Below are positions 39,833 through 54,000 of a DNA stretch of 64,000 nt, piece by piece (within the stretch, counting starts at the first letter, position 1; the number at the start of each line of letters is the position of its first letter). The stretch is from Eledone cirrhosa (Eukaryota): assembly GCA_964016885.1 (NCBI GenBank), contig OZ024747.1, positions 80,290,001 to 80,354,000 on the forward strand, written 5' to 3'. The translations under genes and the position numbers were made by a program. The notes beneath the pieces were generated by a model. That model ran no database searches. It had not been told where the DNA came from and worked only from the letters and a program-made list of their open reading frames with translations.

Positions 39833-40865
39833 CTCCCTATATATCCTTCCTGTATCCCCTAATTAAATAACATTACCTCCACTTGTCATATTCTAATTTA
39901 CTGGACAATATCAAAAGCAAAATGCAAAAACGTAAAACTGTTACGGCTGGCACGTTTCCAGCGATGTATGACTTCTAAATTCTCGTCTCCATATCTCTTC
40001 CTCATTCCATACCACACACAGTCTACTACCAGGAACAACCAGCCTGACCAACAGCACCATCCACGTTCTAACCTTCCTTCTTTCTTTCTATTTTCTCTCC
40101 TTTACTTTAAGTCTCTCTCCCACTCTCTCTCTCCCTCTCCTCCTCTCGCTCTCTCTCCCTTTCCCTCTCTCTCTCCCTCTCCCCCTCTTCCTCTCTCCCA
40201 CTCTCTCTCTTACTCTCTTTCACTCCCTCTCTCTTACTCTCTTTCACCCCCCTCTCTCTCTCAAGTAATTCCTCCTATGATGCTCTCTTCTCTCTCCGTT
40301 CATAATACAAGTGGAAACAATGCGTAGTTTTCATGTGTAAAAGTATTAAAACCTTATCTTCTACATATTGCTTCTTAGAACGGTTGCTGATTCTTCAGTC
40401 CTACTATACCTGTTCCCACTCCTTTCCCCACCAACTGAACAATACCACCACCTCCACCACCACCACTGCCACCGCCACCACCACCACCACCATCGCCACC
40501 ATCCAATACAGTATCTCGTCACGAAGCTGTCTGCAAAATCCGAATGATAGGCAGAATAAGACAGAGAAAACACGATAAACAGAAACGCTTCAGAAGGCTG
40601 GAAATCTCAAAATGGCGGCCATTCGATTTGACTTGACTTAAGAGGTTTAAGATGATCTGTTCAGACCTTGTCGAGCACGTTTTGCCGGCGTTAAAGATGC
40701 GTGGGAAAAGGATTTGATGAAATGTCGATTAGTATTTAGACATATGTTGCATCTGAAATATTTTTGTTATTATCTCTTTCACTCTTTTCCATCGTTACTC
40801 CTCTCCTCCATTTTTGTGTCTCCCAGACCTTCGTATTCTCTCTGTCTCTCCGTCTGCATCTCTCT

Positions 40866-40915
<50 letters not shown>

Positions 40916-40979
40916 TGTGTGTGTGTTCATAAAGAGATAGAGGGGGCGATGTATCAATACACCAATATAAATACGATCA

Positions 40980-41063
<84 letters not shown>

Positions 41064-41105
41064 GTTTGTATATTTACACACATACACACACATCTATCTA
41101 TCTAA

Positions 41106-41170
<65 letters not shown>

Positions 41171-41185
41171 AATCTATCTATCTAT

Positions 41186-41240
41186 ATGTCTTTGTATTGT
41201 CCCCTTTCTCGTTGCGCCCTTGTGGCTAATAAAAAAATCT
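41186..41240 (+). mobile_element. Extreme 3' end (~55 bp) of Tx1-like LINE in (CTAT)n
   Basis: tgtctttgtattgtcccctttc..gt.gcgcccttgtggc.aataaaaaa.tc matches 15368-15420. Confidence 0.75.
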
Positions 41241-41307
41241 ATCTATATATATATATATCTATATATATCTATATATATTTATGTTTCTATATCTATCTAT
41301 ATATATT

Positions 41308-41440
<133 letters not shown>

Positions 41441-41643
41441 GGGCATATATCTATATACTAATACACATATGTAAATATCTTTGCGTGAATGAGAGTTAAA
41501 TGAAGAATAACAAATACACGAACGAAAGCAAATCTATTATTGGAGAATATCTTTAGTAAATATATCATTTCTCACTTTATTTTGTTACGAGTAAATAGTC
41601 ACATGATTACCACTACATGTAACGTCGCACGCATGTGTTTACT

Positions 41644-41730
<87 letters not shown>

Positions 41731-41759
41731 ATATGTATATGTATATACTAACATATTTA

Positions 41760-43060
41760 TATGATGGCTGCCCCCTCGTTATCGAGTATGGCCATTGCAC
41801 GAGAAAAAAAAACCCATAATAATAACAATAATAATAATAATAACAACAATAATAATAAAGACAACAACAACAACAATAATAATATACATATATACACACA
41901 CGCGCACACACATAAACATATCTACACACACACACACGATAGCAACTAACTTTTTAGCCCAGCCAATGATCTAAAATGTCTTGCACAGAGTCGGCAACCA
42001 AAACATTCACTGGGAATAGCCGGCTGTGGTTGGAATTCATGTACTTTTGCATGTCGTTTGAGCCCTCCTGCTGATTTACATTCTCTACCACATGCTTGGC
42101 AAGCATGATGAGTAGCATCTCCAACAGCATCCAGGTAGTCAACCACTGGTCTTACTTTATGACTGCGAAGATGACTTTCGAGTTCAGCTTTGCTTAGGCA
42201 GAGTCTCGCACAGACGCTGCATGTCAGCACCATAGGAGGACCCTCTCCGTCTGGAAGTGCAACAGCAATGCCCTTCCTCACATCCCGCTTTACTTTCTCG
42301 TATGCGATTAGAGATGCCACAAAGGCAACTTTTCCCTCATAAACAGTCTTTCTCCATTTATTACGATCAGCAGCAACATTTTCCCATTTATCAGTAGAGA
42401 TGTTAGCGTCTTTCAAAGAAGCTTTCAAGGAATCCTTATACCTCTTTTTTGGTTTATGTGGCGGTCGTTTCCCTTTAACTAACTCTTCATAAAAGAGATG
42501 TTTTGGTATTCTAGAATCCTTCATCCTGGCAATGTGACCACTCCAACGGAGTCGTTGCTTAAGCACAAGAGCTTCTATACTGTCACACAGAGAGCTTTCC
42601 AAAATCTCGACATCACTGATGTGGTCCCTCCAGTGAACGCCATAGATCCGTCTGAGATACATCTGATGGAAACGCTCCAATTGCTTAAGGTGGTGTCGAT
42701 ATGTGACCCATGTCTCGCAGGCATAAAGAAGAGAAGTGAGCACACATGCCTTGTACACCTTTACCTTTGTCCTCTTGCATATGTCTCGCCGACCCCAGGT
42801 TCGCCTTTCTAGCTTTCCGAAAGCATCACTTGCTTTCCTAATCCTGGGTGGGATTTCATTATCAAGGTTGCTGTATCGATTGACAGTGCTTCCCAGGAAG
42901 ACAAACTGATCAACCACTCCAAGTCGTTTACCATACACATAGATATTTGGTCCACTGTACTGCTTACTAGGGGCAGGTTGGTACATGACGACGGTTTTCT
43001 TGAGAATGACAGTCAATCCTATGGCAGTGCAAGCATCAGAAAATGCATTCAAAATGATTA
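41760..43060 (-). mobile_element. 5'-truncated RTE-clade LINE; open C-terminal frame 41946-43052 ending in C2H2-type zinc fingers
   Basis: KKTVVM, FVFLGS, RIRKASDAFG, LLYACETW, RLRWSGHIARM.D.RIPK, GKRP..KPKKRYKD; RTE-type 3' end atggccatactcgataacgagggggcagccatcat at 41761-41793. Confidence 0.9.
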
Positions 43061-43627
43061 ATGTCCGTGCTGTCAGCTGTTATAAACATGTCAAATATAT
43101 ATTGAACTGACAAGAATATCCCAGGGTTATTGAGCCTTACTCAACGTGTCTCAAAGTTAGATCCTTGAATTAAAGATAAAGTACATTCAACAGACTCCTA
43201 AAGATTTTCCGTCGACCTAATTTCACTCAGAAGGTTTAGGTCGACTCGGGATTATGGTAAATAATACTTACCCAAGCGTCCAAACATTGGGAACGTATGC
43301 AATAACATATATTCGCTTAGGTACTTATTAGCCAGCATATGTTATCCGAGAAATATGTAAGTATCCATATAATCGCTAACACATACATACATTCATGTGA
43401 TACATTGCGAGGACAGTGAGAGTGTGGAGCTGCTACTGAGAATGAAAGGATTTAATATGGAAGGGAAGAAAGAGATGGAAAGATTGCAACAAAATTGTGA
43501 GAGAAAGAAAGTTTCTTCCATTATTATTATTATTAAATATACGATATTATTAAATAAAAGAAATTCTTCTTCTTCTTCCTCCTCCTCCTCCCCCTTCTTT
43601 ATATATATATATGTTTATATATATATG

Positions 43628-43664
<37 letters not shown>

Positions 43665-43679
43665 GTTTATATATGTATG

Positions 43680-43771
<92 letters not shown>

Positions 43772-43791
43772 TATACATACATATATATATA

Positions 43792-43829
<38 letters not shown>

Positions 43830-43839
43830 TATATATATA

Positions 43840-43897
<58 letters not shown>

Positions 43898-44109
43898 CAC
43901 ACATACACATATATATATATGTAAATATATGTATATGTATGAATGTATATATGTGTATATATATAATATATATATGTATATATATACGTGGAGGTGTGTG
44001 TTTGTGTGAACTAAAAAGGAAGAATGTACTCTTATCCATGTGGAGTGTATTATATTTTCTTCTTCCTCCTCATCATCCTATTATTATTATTATTATTGTT
44101 GTTGTTATT

Positions 44110-47100
44110 CCTTGAATCTCAGTCATTGATGTTGGTTAACTGGAAAGTCCGTTGGATTGAATATCAAGCCACTACCTGCAGCCTCAGATATTCAGGACGT
44201 ATCGGAGGGTTCTTGCTGTTCCAAGCAAGCATGCCTTTTGAAGCGTTCCAAAAAGCGTGAAGGGGCCGATTTTCTTTAACCATCCCTGGAAACTTTTGGA
44301 GATAGTCCCCAGTGCGCCTATGACAATCGGGACCACTTTGACTTCATGGCAGTTCCAAATCCTTTTCACCTCCCACTTTAGGTCCTGGTATCGGTTAATT
44401 TTCTCCCTCTCCTTCTCTTGCACTCTCGTGTCGAATGGGCAGGCCACATCCACAATCAGACACGTTCTTTTTTCTTTGTCCACACCCTCCAGGTCAGGTC
44501 TATTGTGTTCCAGTTTTTTGTCCGTCTGTATCCTAAAATCCAACAGCACCTTCACCTGATTGTTCTCCATCACCGCCTCCGGCCTATGCTCATACCATTT
44601 CTCAGAATGTGGTAAATTGTTTACTTTGCACAGGTGCCAGTGGATCACCCTGCCCATCACATCGTGTCTCCAGCCCTTATAGTGGGTCTGGGCTAGGTGT
44701 TTACACTCGGACACAATGTGAGCCACAGTCTCCTCTCTCTCTCCACAGATCCTGCACAGTGGGCTAGCCTCCTCCTTGTAGATATGGTGCTTCAACCACT
44801 TCGTTTTGAGGGCCTGCTCCTGCGCAGCCATTAGCATTCCTTCTGTAGCCTTTTTGAGGTCTCCTCTTCTCAACCAGTTCCATGTCTGTGGATCTCTAAA
44901 TTCAGTTTTCTCAAAGAAGGTACTATGAAGAGATTTTCCCTTAAGGCTGCTCTTCCGCCTTGATGTTATTTCCTCCTTGGACATCCCCTGGCCTACTGTC
45001 CCCTCCTTCAGTACAGTTCTGAGCATTGGCTCCTTACTATAGGTCACGTATTTGTATAGGTTGTTTTTCTCCATCTGAACACAGTCCTCTATGCTGATAA
45101 GACCTCTTCCACCCTCAGATCTCCTTAGGTAGAGTCTATCGACATCACTCCTCTTGTGGAACATGTTGTAGATAGTCAATAGCTTCCTAGTCTTCCTATC
45201 CATTTCTTTTTGTTCAGCAACATTCCATCTCAGAATTCCCGCACTGTACCTAATAATAGACACAGCTCGGGAATTTACTGCGCTTATGGCATTTCTGCTG
45301 TTCAGATGTGACTTCAATACGCTCCTTACTCTTCGAATGTATTCAGTTCTTAACAATTCCTTCATTTTTTTGTTCTTTATGCCATCAGCCTCCAGAACGC
45401 CCAAATACTTGTATCCTTCCTCAGAGTCAATTTCCTTTATCATCTCACCTGTTGGTATCTGGATCCCGTTACTTCTGCTCAACCTACCCCTCTTCATCAC
45501 AATGACTCCACATTTACCAATACCAAACTGCATACATATATCACTGCTGAAAATACGGACAGTGTCAACAAGCACATCCAACTCCTTCTCACTTTTCCCG
45601 AAGAGCTTAAGATCGTCCATGAAGAGGAGGTGATTGATGGTAAGCTCTCCCCTTCCCAACTTGTATCCTGCTCTCACTTTTCGCAGCAAAATGGTCAAGG
45701 GCATCAGGGCAAGGACAAACAACAGAGGGGACAGGCTATCTCCCTGGAAGATACCTCTCTTGATCTTCACGCTTCCCAAGGATACTCCAGTTGATGTCAA
45801 CTCTGTCTCCCAGGACCCCACACTCCTGCCTAGCAACTGTCTGATGTTATCTGCCACCCTGAAGATCTCCAGGCTTTTGGTGATCCAGGAATGAGGCACC
45901 ATGTCAAATGCCTTTCTGTAGTCTATCCATCCCATGGCAAGATCAGTGTGTCTCCTCCTGCAATTCCCCATTACCATCTTATCAATAAGTAACTGGTCCT
46001 TTGTACCACGTGACTTCTTTCGGCATCCTTTCTGTTCGTCCGGTAACAAGTTGTTTGTGTGGAGGTGATGGTAGATTTCCTCAGACACAATGCTCGTCAA
46101 CAGTTTCCACATTACGGACAGACATGTGATAGGTCTATAGTTGGTAACATCATTACCCTTGATTCGGTCTTTCATTATCAGAACTGTGGTACCTTTTGTC
46201 AACCACTCTGGCACCTCACCCGACACCAAGCAGTCATTGAACATGGCCGTCAGCTCCGGATGGAGGAATGTTAAATGTTTAATCCAATACCCCTGCACAC
46301 CATCTGGGCCTGGTGATTTCCAGTTGGTTAGTTTTTTGGCCTGCCCCTTAAGAGTTTCAACTGTGATACTCAAATCAGTTTGTTGTTGTGCCTGCTCACC
46401 GATCTCCCTCTGTACTGTCTCAATCCACCCTGCCTGGGCATTGTGTCTAACATCCTGCTCCCATATTCCTCTCCAGAATGTTTTAGTTTGCTCCGCCCCA
46501 GGGATCAAGTCGTTGCCTCTTTCTTTCCCCTCAAGCTGTCCAAACAGCATCTTCTGGTTGTTGTCGAACATGCGGTTCTGTTTATACTGACTGACTCTGT
46601 TCTCGTATCGCCTGATTTTTGCACTCTTTGCTACAATACGTTGCTTCAGTTCCTCTATGATAGTATTTAGCTTTTTCCTCCTATGTTTTGTATTTTATTT
46701 CCAGTCTATTTTTAGTGCCTATGTTTTTTAGTGTCCCATTCAGTAGTGACTCAAGCTTTCCTATGTCATTTCTCATTTCCCCGATTTGCCCACTCAGTCG
46801 CTTCTTCCACCACGGCTCTGCTCTTTCTTGTCTGTTGTTTCCTCTCGCTTTTATACCAAGTAGTTTCCTCACCGTATTTGCTGTTGCTTTGAGGATATTG
46901 TTGCACTGGTGAAGGCTCCTCGCCTCAAGGTATGGGATGACTTTGTTTACCTTAGCTGTTGTTTCTTTTAACTTTTTCCTGTCTACAAATCTTAGGTTCA
47001 TAGGTCTCCCACTATCATTGTTCAATTCATCGACCACTAAATTTAGGATGTCAACCGAATCTTGTCCTAGCCCGTCAGCATTCATCTCCTCAGTGGCCGT

Positions 47101-47700
47101 ATCTCTGTTCCAGGTATTATTTATCTCAGTATTCAGATCATTGTCTGCTTCGGGTGGTTCCTCCGTTCTCAGGACCTCTTCACCTTCATTTCCCACTGGC
47201 TCGCTTGTCTGGCATACTACACCCGCCATCTCCAAGCCATTCTCTCTGCTCAGTTCCTCCAGTTCCAGCTCGCTTATCCATCCATTAGTTCTTATTACCC
47301 GAGCCTGCCCGGCCAATTTTTGTTCATCTAATTTAAATAAACCAATCTTGTTCCAGATGTTATGCATCCGTCTCCTGTAGCCCCTCTCCTTGGGGTTACT
47401 TTTCAGGTAACATTGCATAACAGTTCTATTCAATTCTTTCGTCCAGTTGGTTCTGGCCCCTTTCCTTCTTCTCCTTCCTCCAACATCAGCAGTATTTGGT
47501 TGACAGTCAGGTTCCTGCTGCTGAGCCAGGGGGCACCTGTTGGGTGAGAGTCTGTCACATGACGTTCTAGTCTCCATTTCACCGTTATTCGAACTGTTTA
47601 TGTTCGATATTTAAACACTCTTATCGAGGATTGGCGAATGTATGGTTACATATCCATCTGTGGATCCGCCATTCCACTTGGCCCTTGTGTGGCATTATCA
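44110..47700 (-). mobile_element. Near-full-length RLE-type non-LTR retrotransposon (R4/Dong-like)
   Basis: Single long coding region, short 3' UTR ending in (AAC)n(AAT)n; 5' boundary approximate. Confidence 0.85.
44184..47577 (-). pseudogene. RT + CCHC + restriction-like endonuclease polyprotein split by one frameshift near 46686
   Basis: KSPGPDG, NYRPITCL, IDYRKAFDMVPH, GIFQGDSLSP, HLLFMDDLK, CRIC...ETVAHIVSEC, RHD, NRPDL...IVDVACP, EKINRYQDL; the downstream frame stays open up to ~46682 (RRKKLNTIIEELKQRI...QNRMF). Confidence 0.9.
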
Positions 47701-48633
47701 CCACGCTGTATACGAACACACATAAACAAACAAACACACAGGCAGAAAGGGCCCCAAAAATGAATAAGCATAAGTTTCATTGTAATGTAGTGTTCGAATG
47801 TCTGACTTAGTTTTTGTTTTTTAAGTTTTAGTTTTTCCCCCCTCTTCTCTGTCCGTCCGCCTGCTTCTCTCTTCATTCTTATTTTCTTTACGTTTTTTGG
47901 GTTTTTTGTTTTTTTTTTGTTTTTGTTTTCTCTGTTTGTTTTTCTCGTTTTTTGCTGTTGTTGCTGTGCTGCTTTGGTTTTGTTGTTTGTTTTTTCTTTT
48001 TTCTTTTGAGTCTATCTATATATTTTGATGCCTTCCTCTTTTTTAGCAGTAGGGATTCTATAATGAGGTGGCAGCAGCCAGCTAAAGAAGTGGGAGACTG
48101 GCGGCGGTAGCGATACTGAGACAGTGGTGGTGGTGATGTCGATACCGAGGCAGTGGTGGCGGTGATGTGACCGTATTACTGTAGTGATGGTGCTGTAGCG
48201 GTGGTAGCAGTGAAGGAGTGAAGGGGTGGTGGCGGCGGTGATGGGATAATGGTTGTAATGATGGCCGTAGTGAGCGGTGGTGGTTTAGTGTACACAGGTG
48301 ATGGGGTGGGTGGTGTATCTAGTTTCTGGTGTTGGTGAGTTTGGCTGTTCTATATAGTGTAGACAGAGGAGGAGGGGGGGGGGTTTCTTCTTCCATTTAT
48401 AGCCATTTTCTTTTTTGGATATACAGTGTACAATACAAAGTTGAATATTTGAATATTTGAGCCTTATAACAATATATTTTGGGTCCGAATTTTTTGGGGC
48501 TCAAGCCGGGTGCTTTACGTAGCATTTGTACTAAGAGTTGTTATTTCACAAATGATTTAAATATGTTAAAAATTCAAAACTTACGGGAGCGATTTCATGA
48601 CCTCCGTCACCTCGTGCGTCTTCTTCCCTTAAT

Positions 48634-48683
<50 letters not shown>

Positions 48684-48899
48684 GAATGCCATGGTTGACG
48701 GAGGCTCGGCTCTGTAAGGTATAGTAATTTTTAACCGTTAAAACAATTGTAAATTGTTTAAAACTTGAACCAAATTGTTGATAAAGACACCCTCCTCCTC
48801 GTGAGAGGGGTCTTTCTGTCCGTTATTTGGCCCTTCGGGGTTGAATAACCAGTTGTTGGGGTTTTGTACCCAAAGTTTCATTTTAAACAAAAAAACAAC

Positions 48900-50997
48900 A
48901 TGGCTACGAAAAAGAAATTTCATACGTCACTCCCACTCATTCCGTCTTCTTCTTCCTCAATCATCACTACAGCAGAGAGAAGATTGTCTCTCTCCCTCCC
49001 TTCTTTAAATGTGTCTCTCTCCCTCCCTTCTCTTTCGCAAGTGACGAAAGAAAAGAAAAGTCTCGTGCAAAGCGTGCAAGGTTTCTCCACGACGACGACG
49101 ACAGCGACGAAACAGGTGTGCGGGAAATACGAAAACCCAGTTCATTCGTCTGACGTCAGGAATAATAGCAGTAGCAGCCGTAATAACAACAGCAACAGTG
49201 ACAATGAAAACAACAGTAGCAGCCGCAACAGCATCACCAGCAGCATAAACAACAACAGCATTAGCAGCAGCAACACCAACAACAACCACAGCAACAGCGG
49301 CGGAGGCAGTAGTCGTAGTACCTGCAGCAACAACAAAAGTACCAGCAGCTCTAACGACAACAACAACAGCAGAGAAAAACCAATCTCATTTGCAGGTATT
49401 GCGAAAAACTTGGAAACAATCCTCATAACAAATGAGGAATTAGAGGAAGCGAAGAAGATGGTGACAAAGAACGGACACCGAGCAATCTGCAAGGCAGCGA
49501 AAAATTTTTTCGAAACCCAAGAGCACTGTACGGTCACGTACCGTACAGTAAGTACAAAATCCCGTAGGGTGGAAAGAGCCACAGAGGCCCAAATACAAAA
49601 AGCCTTGGGGTCTGTGTGGCAGAGGAAAACGCACATCACCCGAGGCAAAAAATACGCCACCGTAGACGTACTTTTTGCCACACCCCAGGAGGCAAAGGCC
49701 CAATCAGTAGTGACCCTAAGGAGCGAGGAAATGGTGTTGGTGCCCTCCTACTGCGGGCAAAAAATTGTGAGGGTCAAACTGACCCACGTCCCCCCCCGGA
49801 ATGACCCCTTCTTGGCTGGCCGCGTCTGTCCTCGTCGGAATCGAGGACAAAACAACTGTACTGCAAGTACAGAAAAAAGTAAGAGAAGATTGGGTCGGCT
49901 CCTCCATTGAGATGCTAATCCAAACCAACCAGGAGTGCATCGAAGCTATCCCGGATGTGATAGACTTCGATAACGGCACTCAACTGCCCATAAGTGTTGA
50001 GGGCAAACGCCCGAAATGCTTTCGCTGTGGATCGAAGACTCACCTCAGGGCCTTCTGCAACGAGAAGACCCTGAGAAAGGAGAAAACCCCCCTCCTTCCG
50101 AATCCGGCTCCACGGCTACCAGCAACAGGACAAGCGGCAACCAGGAACGATAGGTCCGTGGCACCCATACCCACTCCACAGAAATCAAAGACAGCAGCAG
50201 CAGTGGAAATATTAACAACAACAACAGCAATACCAAATGCAGCTGCAACAGAGACTCCAGTGCAAACATCACCAACAACAACAAGTGAAAGAGTGGAGCT
50301 GGTACCCCTCCCCGACCTTACAGAATCAGACATGGAGTGTGAGGTGGGAGAGGGATGGCAAAAGGTCACAAGAAGGCACAAACGCAGAAGCAGCGCATCG
50401 TCGCCTTTGAAAAGGGAGGAAAGAAATGAGAAAAGGGTAAAGTCTACTGCAAAGAGACCCACAGCAGCAACACCACCAACACCATCACCACCCACACCAG
50501 CACCACCATCACCACCGGCGACAACCCCACCGCCAACAACACCTTCAACACCACCACCACAAGCACCAACATCGCAAACACAACAACAAAACACACACAC
50601 CCAGCAACAACGACAAGAAAATAGCAGAACCACACCCCACCCCCAGAAAAACAAATGCACGGCAATAAACACACACAACAAGAAACTAATGATATATATA
50701 TTTGAACACACAGACATTTCACAACAGGACTACATAATACCAGCACCAATCAAAACGCCAACTAACATAAGACTGCTAAAAATAGCACAGAAACAATACA
50801 CAAACATTAAAACGAAATTCCCCAACGCAGTAGGTGATTTCAGGGACCTAGGAGGAACCATCAATCGAAGAGTATATTCAGACATTCTCTTAGAAGAGCC
50901 GACGACCAGCCGAAGGGACGATTCAACGGTCCCTTCACCAGACGATCAAGTGAAAAGGGATGTAAAAACCATCCCTCCTCTACCAAAAGTACGGTAA
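48900..50997 (+). pseudogene. ORF1 (gag-like, CCHC knuckle) with +1 frameshift in the C run at ~49790-49797
   Basis: Matches 54970-57066 except one extra C; CFRCGSKTHLRAFC. Confidence 0.9.
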
Positions 50998-51032
50998 GTG
51001 GTCTTTCCCATCTTTTCCACTCTATTTTAAAC

Positions 51033-54000
51033 ATGACCTCACTCAGAATAGGCAGCATAAATGCGCGTGGCTTGGGGTCGTCATGGAAGCAGGGTCACCT
51101 GCTCAACGACCTCAGGTCACTAAACATAGATGTAGTGGCCATCAGCGAGACCAGAATCTCCGAAGCACGGGCCTTCGCACCGATCTTCGGCGGCTACGAT
51201 GTGTACGCATCTCCCAGCCGTCCTGGATCGGGTGGAGGAGTTGCTGTGCTTTTTCGGAGAGGTTTGGATCTCGCCATACGGGCCATCTTCCTGGACCCAG
51301 AGGGTAAGCTGGTGGTGCTGGACGTGACCAGCGGAGACGGGCAAGCTTTCAGGCTAGTGGCCGTCTATGCCCCGACAGGAGCAGGGCGGCCTGATTTCTT
51401 CCGGCGTCTGGAGACCTTTCTTGGAACGTCCCGCTCTTTAGTGTTAGTGGGCGACTGGAACGGGATCTTAGATGCACGCTGGGACTGTGTGGGATTAGCG
51501 GATAGGGGTGGAGGGTGCAAGAGCCTCACCAACCTGCTCAGGCGTTTTGAACTGTCTGACAGGTACCGATTGGATTTCCCGAATGTGCCAATGTGGACTT
51601 GGACAAACCGCATAGGGTCATCCAGATCATATCTAGATAGAGTATTTTGTAGGGAAATAGATAGGTCTAGCATAGGCTGTCCACAATTCAAGATAGTCAG
51701 CTACACGGACCACAAATTCGTGACCTGTATGCTTGACTTAGATAGGCTTCATAGACGAGGACCCGGCTACTGGAAGCTAAACGCGTCCTTACCAGCGCGC
51801 AAGGCCTACAGAGACCGGATTAGCGAACTAGTTAAGCGGGCGTTGACGGGGGCCATCGTCAACAACAAGTGGTGGTTTGCTCTGAAAAGAGCGATTAGAA
51901 TAGAATCGATTAGGTTTAGTAAGGCTTTAGCAATAGAGAAAAATAGAGCAGAGGGAGAACTAGTTAGAAAATTAGACGAGGCGCTTAGCAAAGGCATTGC
52001 GACCGACGTGCTTGCGGCGAAATTGGCCCTTGACCAATTCTTCAATGCAAAGCACGAAGGCTGCGTTGTCAGAGCTAGGGTGCGTGCTCTCAGACACGAG
52101 GGGACGAAAGCCGTTCAATGGGCCCGAGTGGCGGAGGCGCGTCGTGGCAACAAAGCCACGATCCGGTCTTTGGTGGACCACGACGGGCGCATGCTACTCG
52201 ATCCCGGGCAAATGTGTGAAGCTTTTCAGCGACACTTCGCTCAGCTGTTCGGGGGCAGCGGGGGGCCGGGTAGAGGGATGGACTTTAGTGTCTACCTCGA
52301 CGGACTGCCGCGGCTCTCGGCCACTGAGGCGAAGTGTTGCGAAAAGCCGATAACAGCCGCTGAAGTAAGGGAGGCAATGACTGGCTGCACAAGGGGCAAA
52401 TCGCCTGGTTTGGATGGTCTGCCCTATGAACTTTACGTACAGATGCCAGACTTGTTCGGAGGCCTCTTGGCGGACGTCTACTGCAACTGGCAACAGAACG
52501 GGAGAATTCCCAGTTCTGTGAGCCGAGGAGCGGTGGCACTGCTGAGAAAGGATCCGAACAAGGGGGATAACATAGACAATTTCCGGCCCATAACTCTGCT
52601 AAACACAGAGTTTAAGATTTTGGCCAAGGTGCTAGCAAAGAGGTTGGCGCCTGTCGTTGGTGGTCTGGTGGGAGAGGCGCAGACATGCGCCATTCCCGAC
52701 AGATCCATCCACGACAACCTCCACCTCATGCGATACATCGTAGAGAGGGTAGCTAGGGAACCTGGCACGGGTGGGTCCTTGATCAATTTAGATCAGTCGA
52801 AAGCTTTCGATAGGGTCGACCATCGTTACCTAGCGGCAGTCCTGAGGGCGGCTGGCTTTGGGCCCGTCTTCAGAGGCTGGATCGCTGCCATGCACAGCGA
52901 CATCTGCTCTGTGGTGAGAGTGAACGGTCACCTGTCGGAACCGTTCAACATCATGCGCTCGGTCCGCCAAGGATGTCCCCTCTCGTCCCTCTTGTACGTA
53001 TTGACTCTCGAGCCATTACTGCACAAACTGGAGACGTTGAGGGGAGTCCCGCGCGAACTAGGATGCGGAAGATCCGTGTCAGCATATGCGGACGATGTCA
53101 CCGTAGTGGTGTCGAACGCCAAACACATCGAGGCGATCGGCACTACACTAAGAGAATACGAAGCGGTGACAGGAGCAATGATCAACCAGGAAAAGTCAGT
53201 GGGCCTGCAGCTCGGCACCTGGAGAGGCAGGTCCATGCCGTCCAACAGCGTCGTCGGGCGCTGGACGGACGGACCGGTTAAATTGCTAGGGGTCTGGTTC
53301 GGTCCGGACCTCCAGACGGACAAAAACTGGGACGAGGTGACGATCAGGGTGGCTTCTCTCACCCAGAAATGGGCGGAGAGGAAGCTATCCCTGAAAGGTC
53401 GAGCGGAGGTGGCTAACGCGTACATCGCGTCTGTCATCTGCTACCGCCTAACCGTCGTACCTTGTCCTAAGCCTCGCCTGACTGCGCTGGAGCGTTTGCT
53501 CTTTCGCTTTTTGTGGAAGGGACGTGCTCCGATGGTCAGGCGGTCCATCTGTTGTCAACACCCGCTACGTGGAGGGCTGGGCATGCCGTGGCTGATGATG
53601 CGCAGGCACGCGCTCAGGCTACGACATCTCCACCTCTTCCTCGACGGTGATCAGGTGTGGTCGCCGTTTGCTAGACGCGTTTTTCCCCAGCTCGTTTCCT
53701 TGACGGAGCTGCAGTCCTGGGTCAAGCGAAGACCGAGAGGGAGCGCCTGGAGACTGGAATGTCTTCAGGCGCTCACAGCCCTCGACCAATCGGGCAATGT
53801 GATCGGTGGAAACTCCACCTCGGCGTTCTATAGAGGATTAGTGGAGGGGAAGAGCGACGACGTACTTGGGGAAACTCTAGGCGTCGACGAAAATCAACTA
53901 GCCAATCTCTTCGGAAGAACTTTCGGGCCAGGGCCTATGGACAACTTCCAGAAATCTCTGGCCTGGCAGTGCTACCGAGGAGCCTTGCCAGTTCGGGATA

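Noticed and set aside
39118-39870. 250-aa His/Thr-rich ORF and Gly/Val-rich antisense ORFs
   Set aside because: Minisatellite read-through; the reading frame drifts between units, so there is no conserved peptide repeat.
40608-40623. YY1-like caaaatggcggc motif or possible start codon
   Set aside because: A single short motif, the ORF stops after 9 codons, and there is no other promoter evidence.
47590-47710. HDV-like ribozyme at the 5' end of the R4-like element
   Set aside because: A P4-like stem (ggcgga/ttcgcc) is present on the minus strand, but there is no L3 consensus and no P1 partner.
47750-48480. Possible decayed 5' end/ORF1 of another LINE on the minus strand (aaaATGGCT followed by Thr/Pro-rich sequence)
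   Set aside because: Only compositional similarity; no open frame or motif to support it.
48780-48830. HDV-like ribozyme suggested by cctcctcgtg in the Tx1 5' UTR
   Set aside because: I could not build P1, P1.1 (GG) or P2; a simple hairpin explains the segment.
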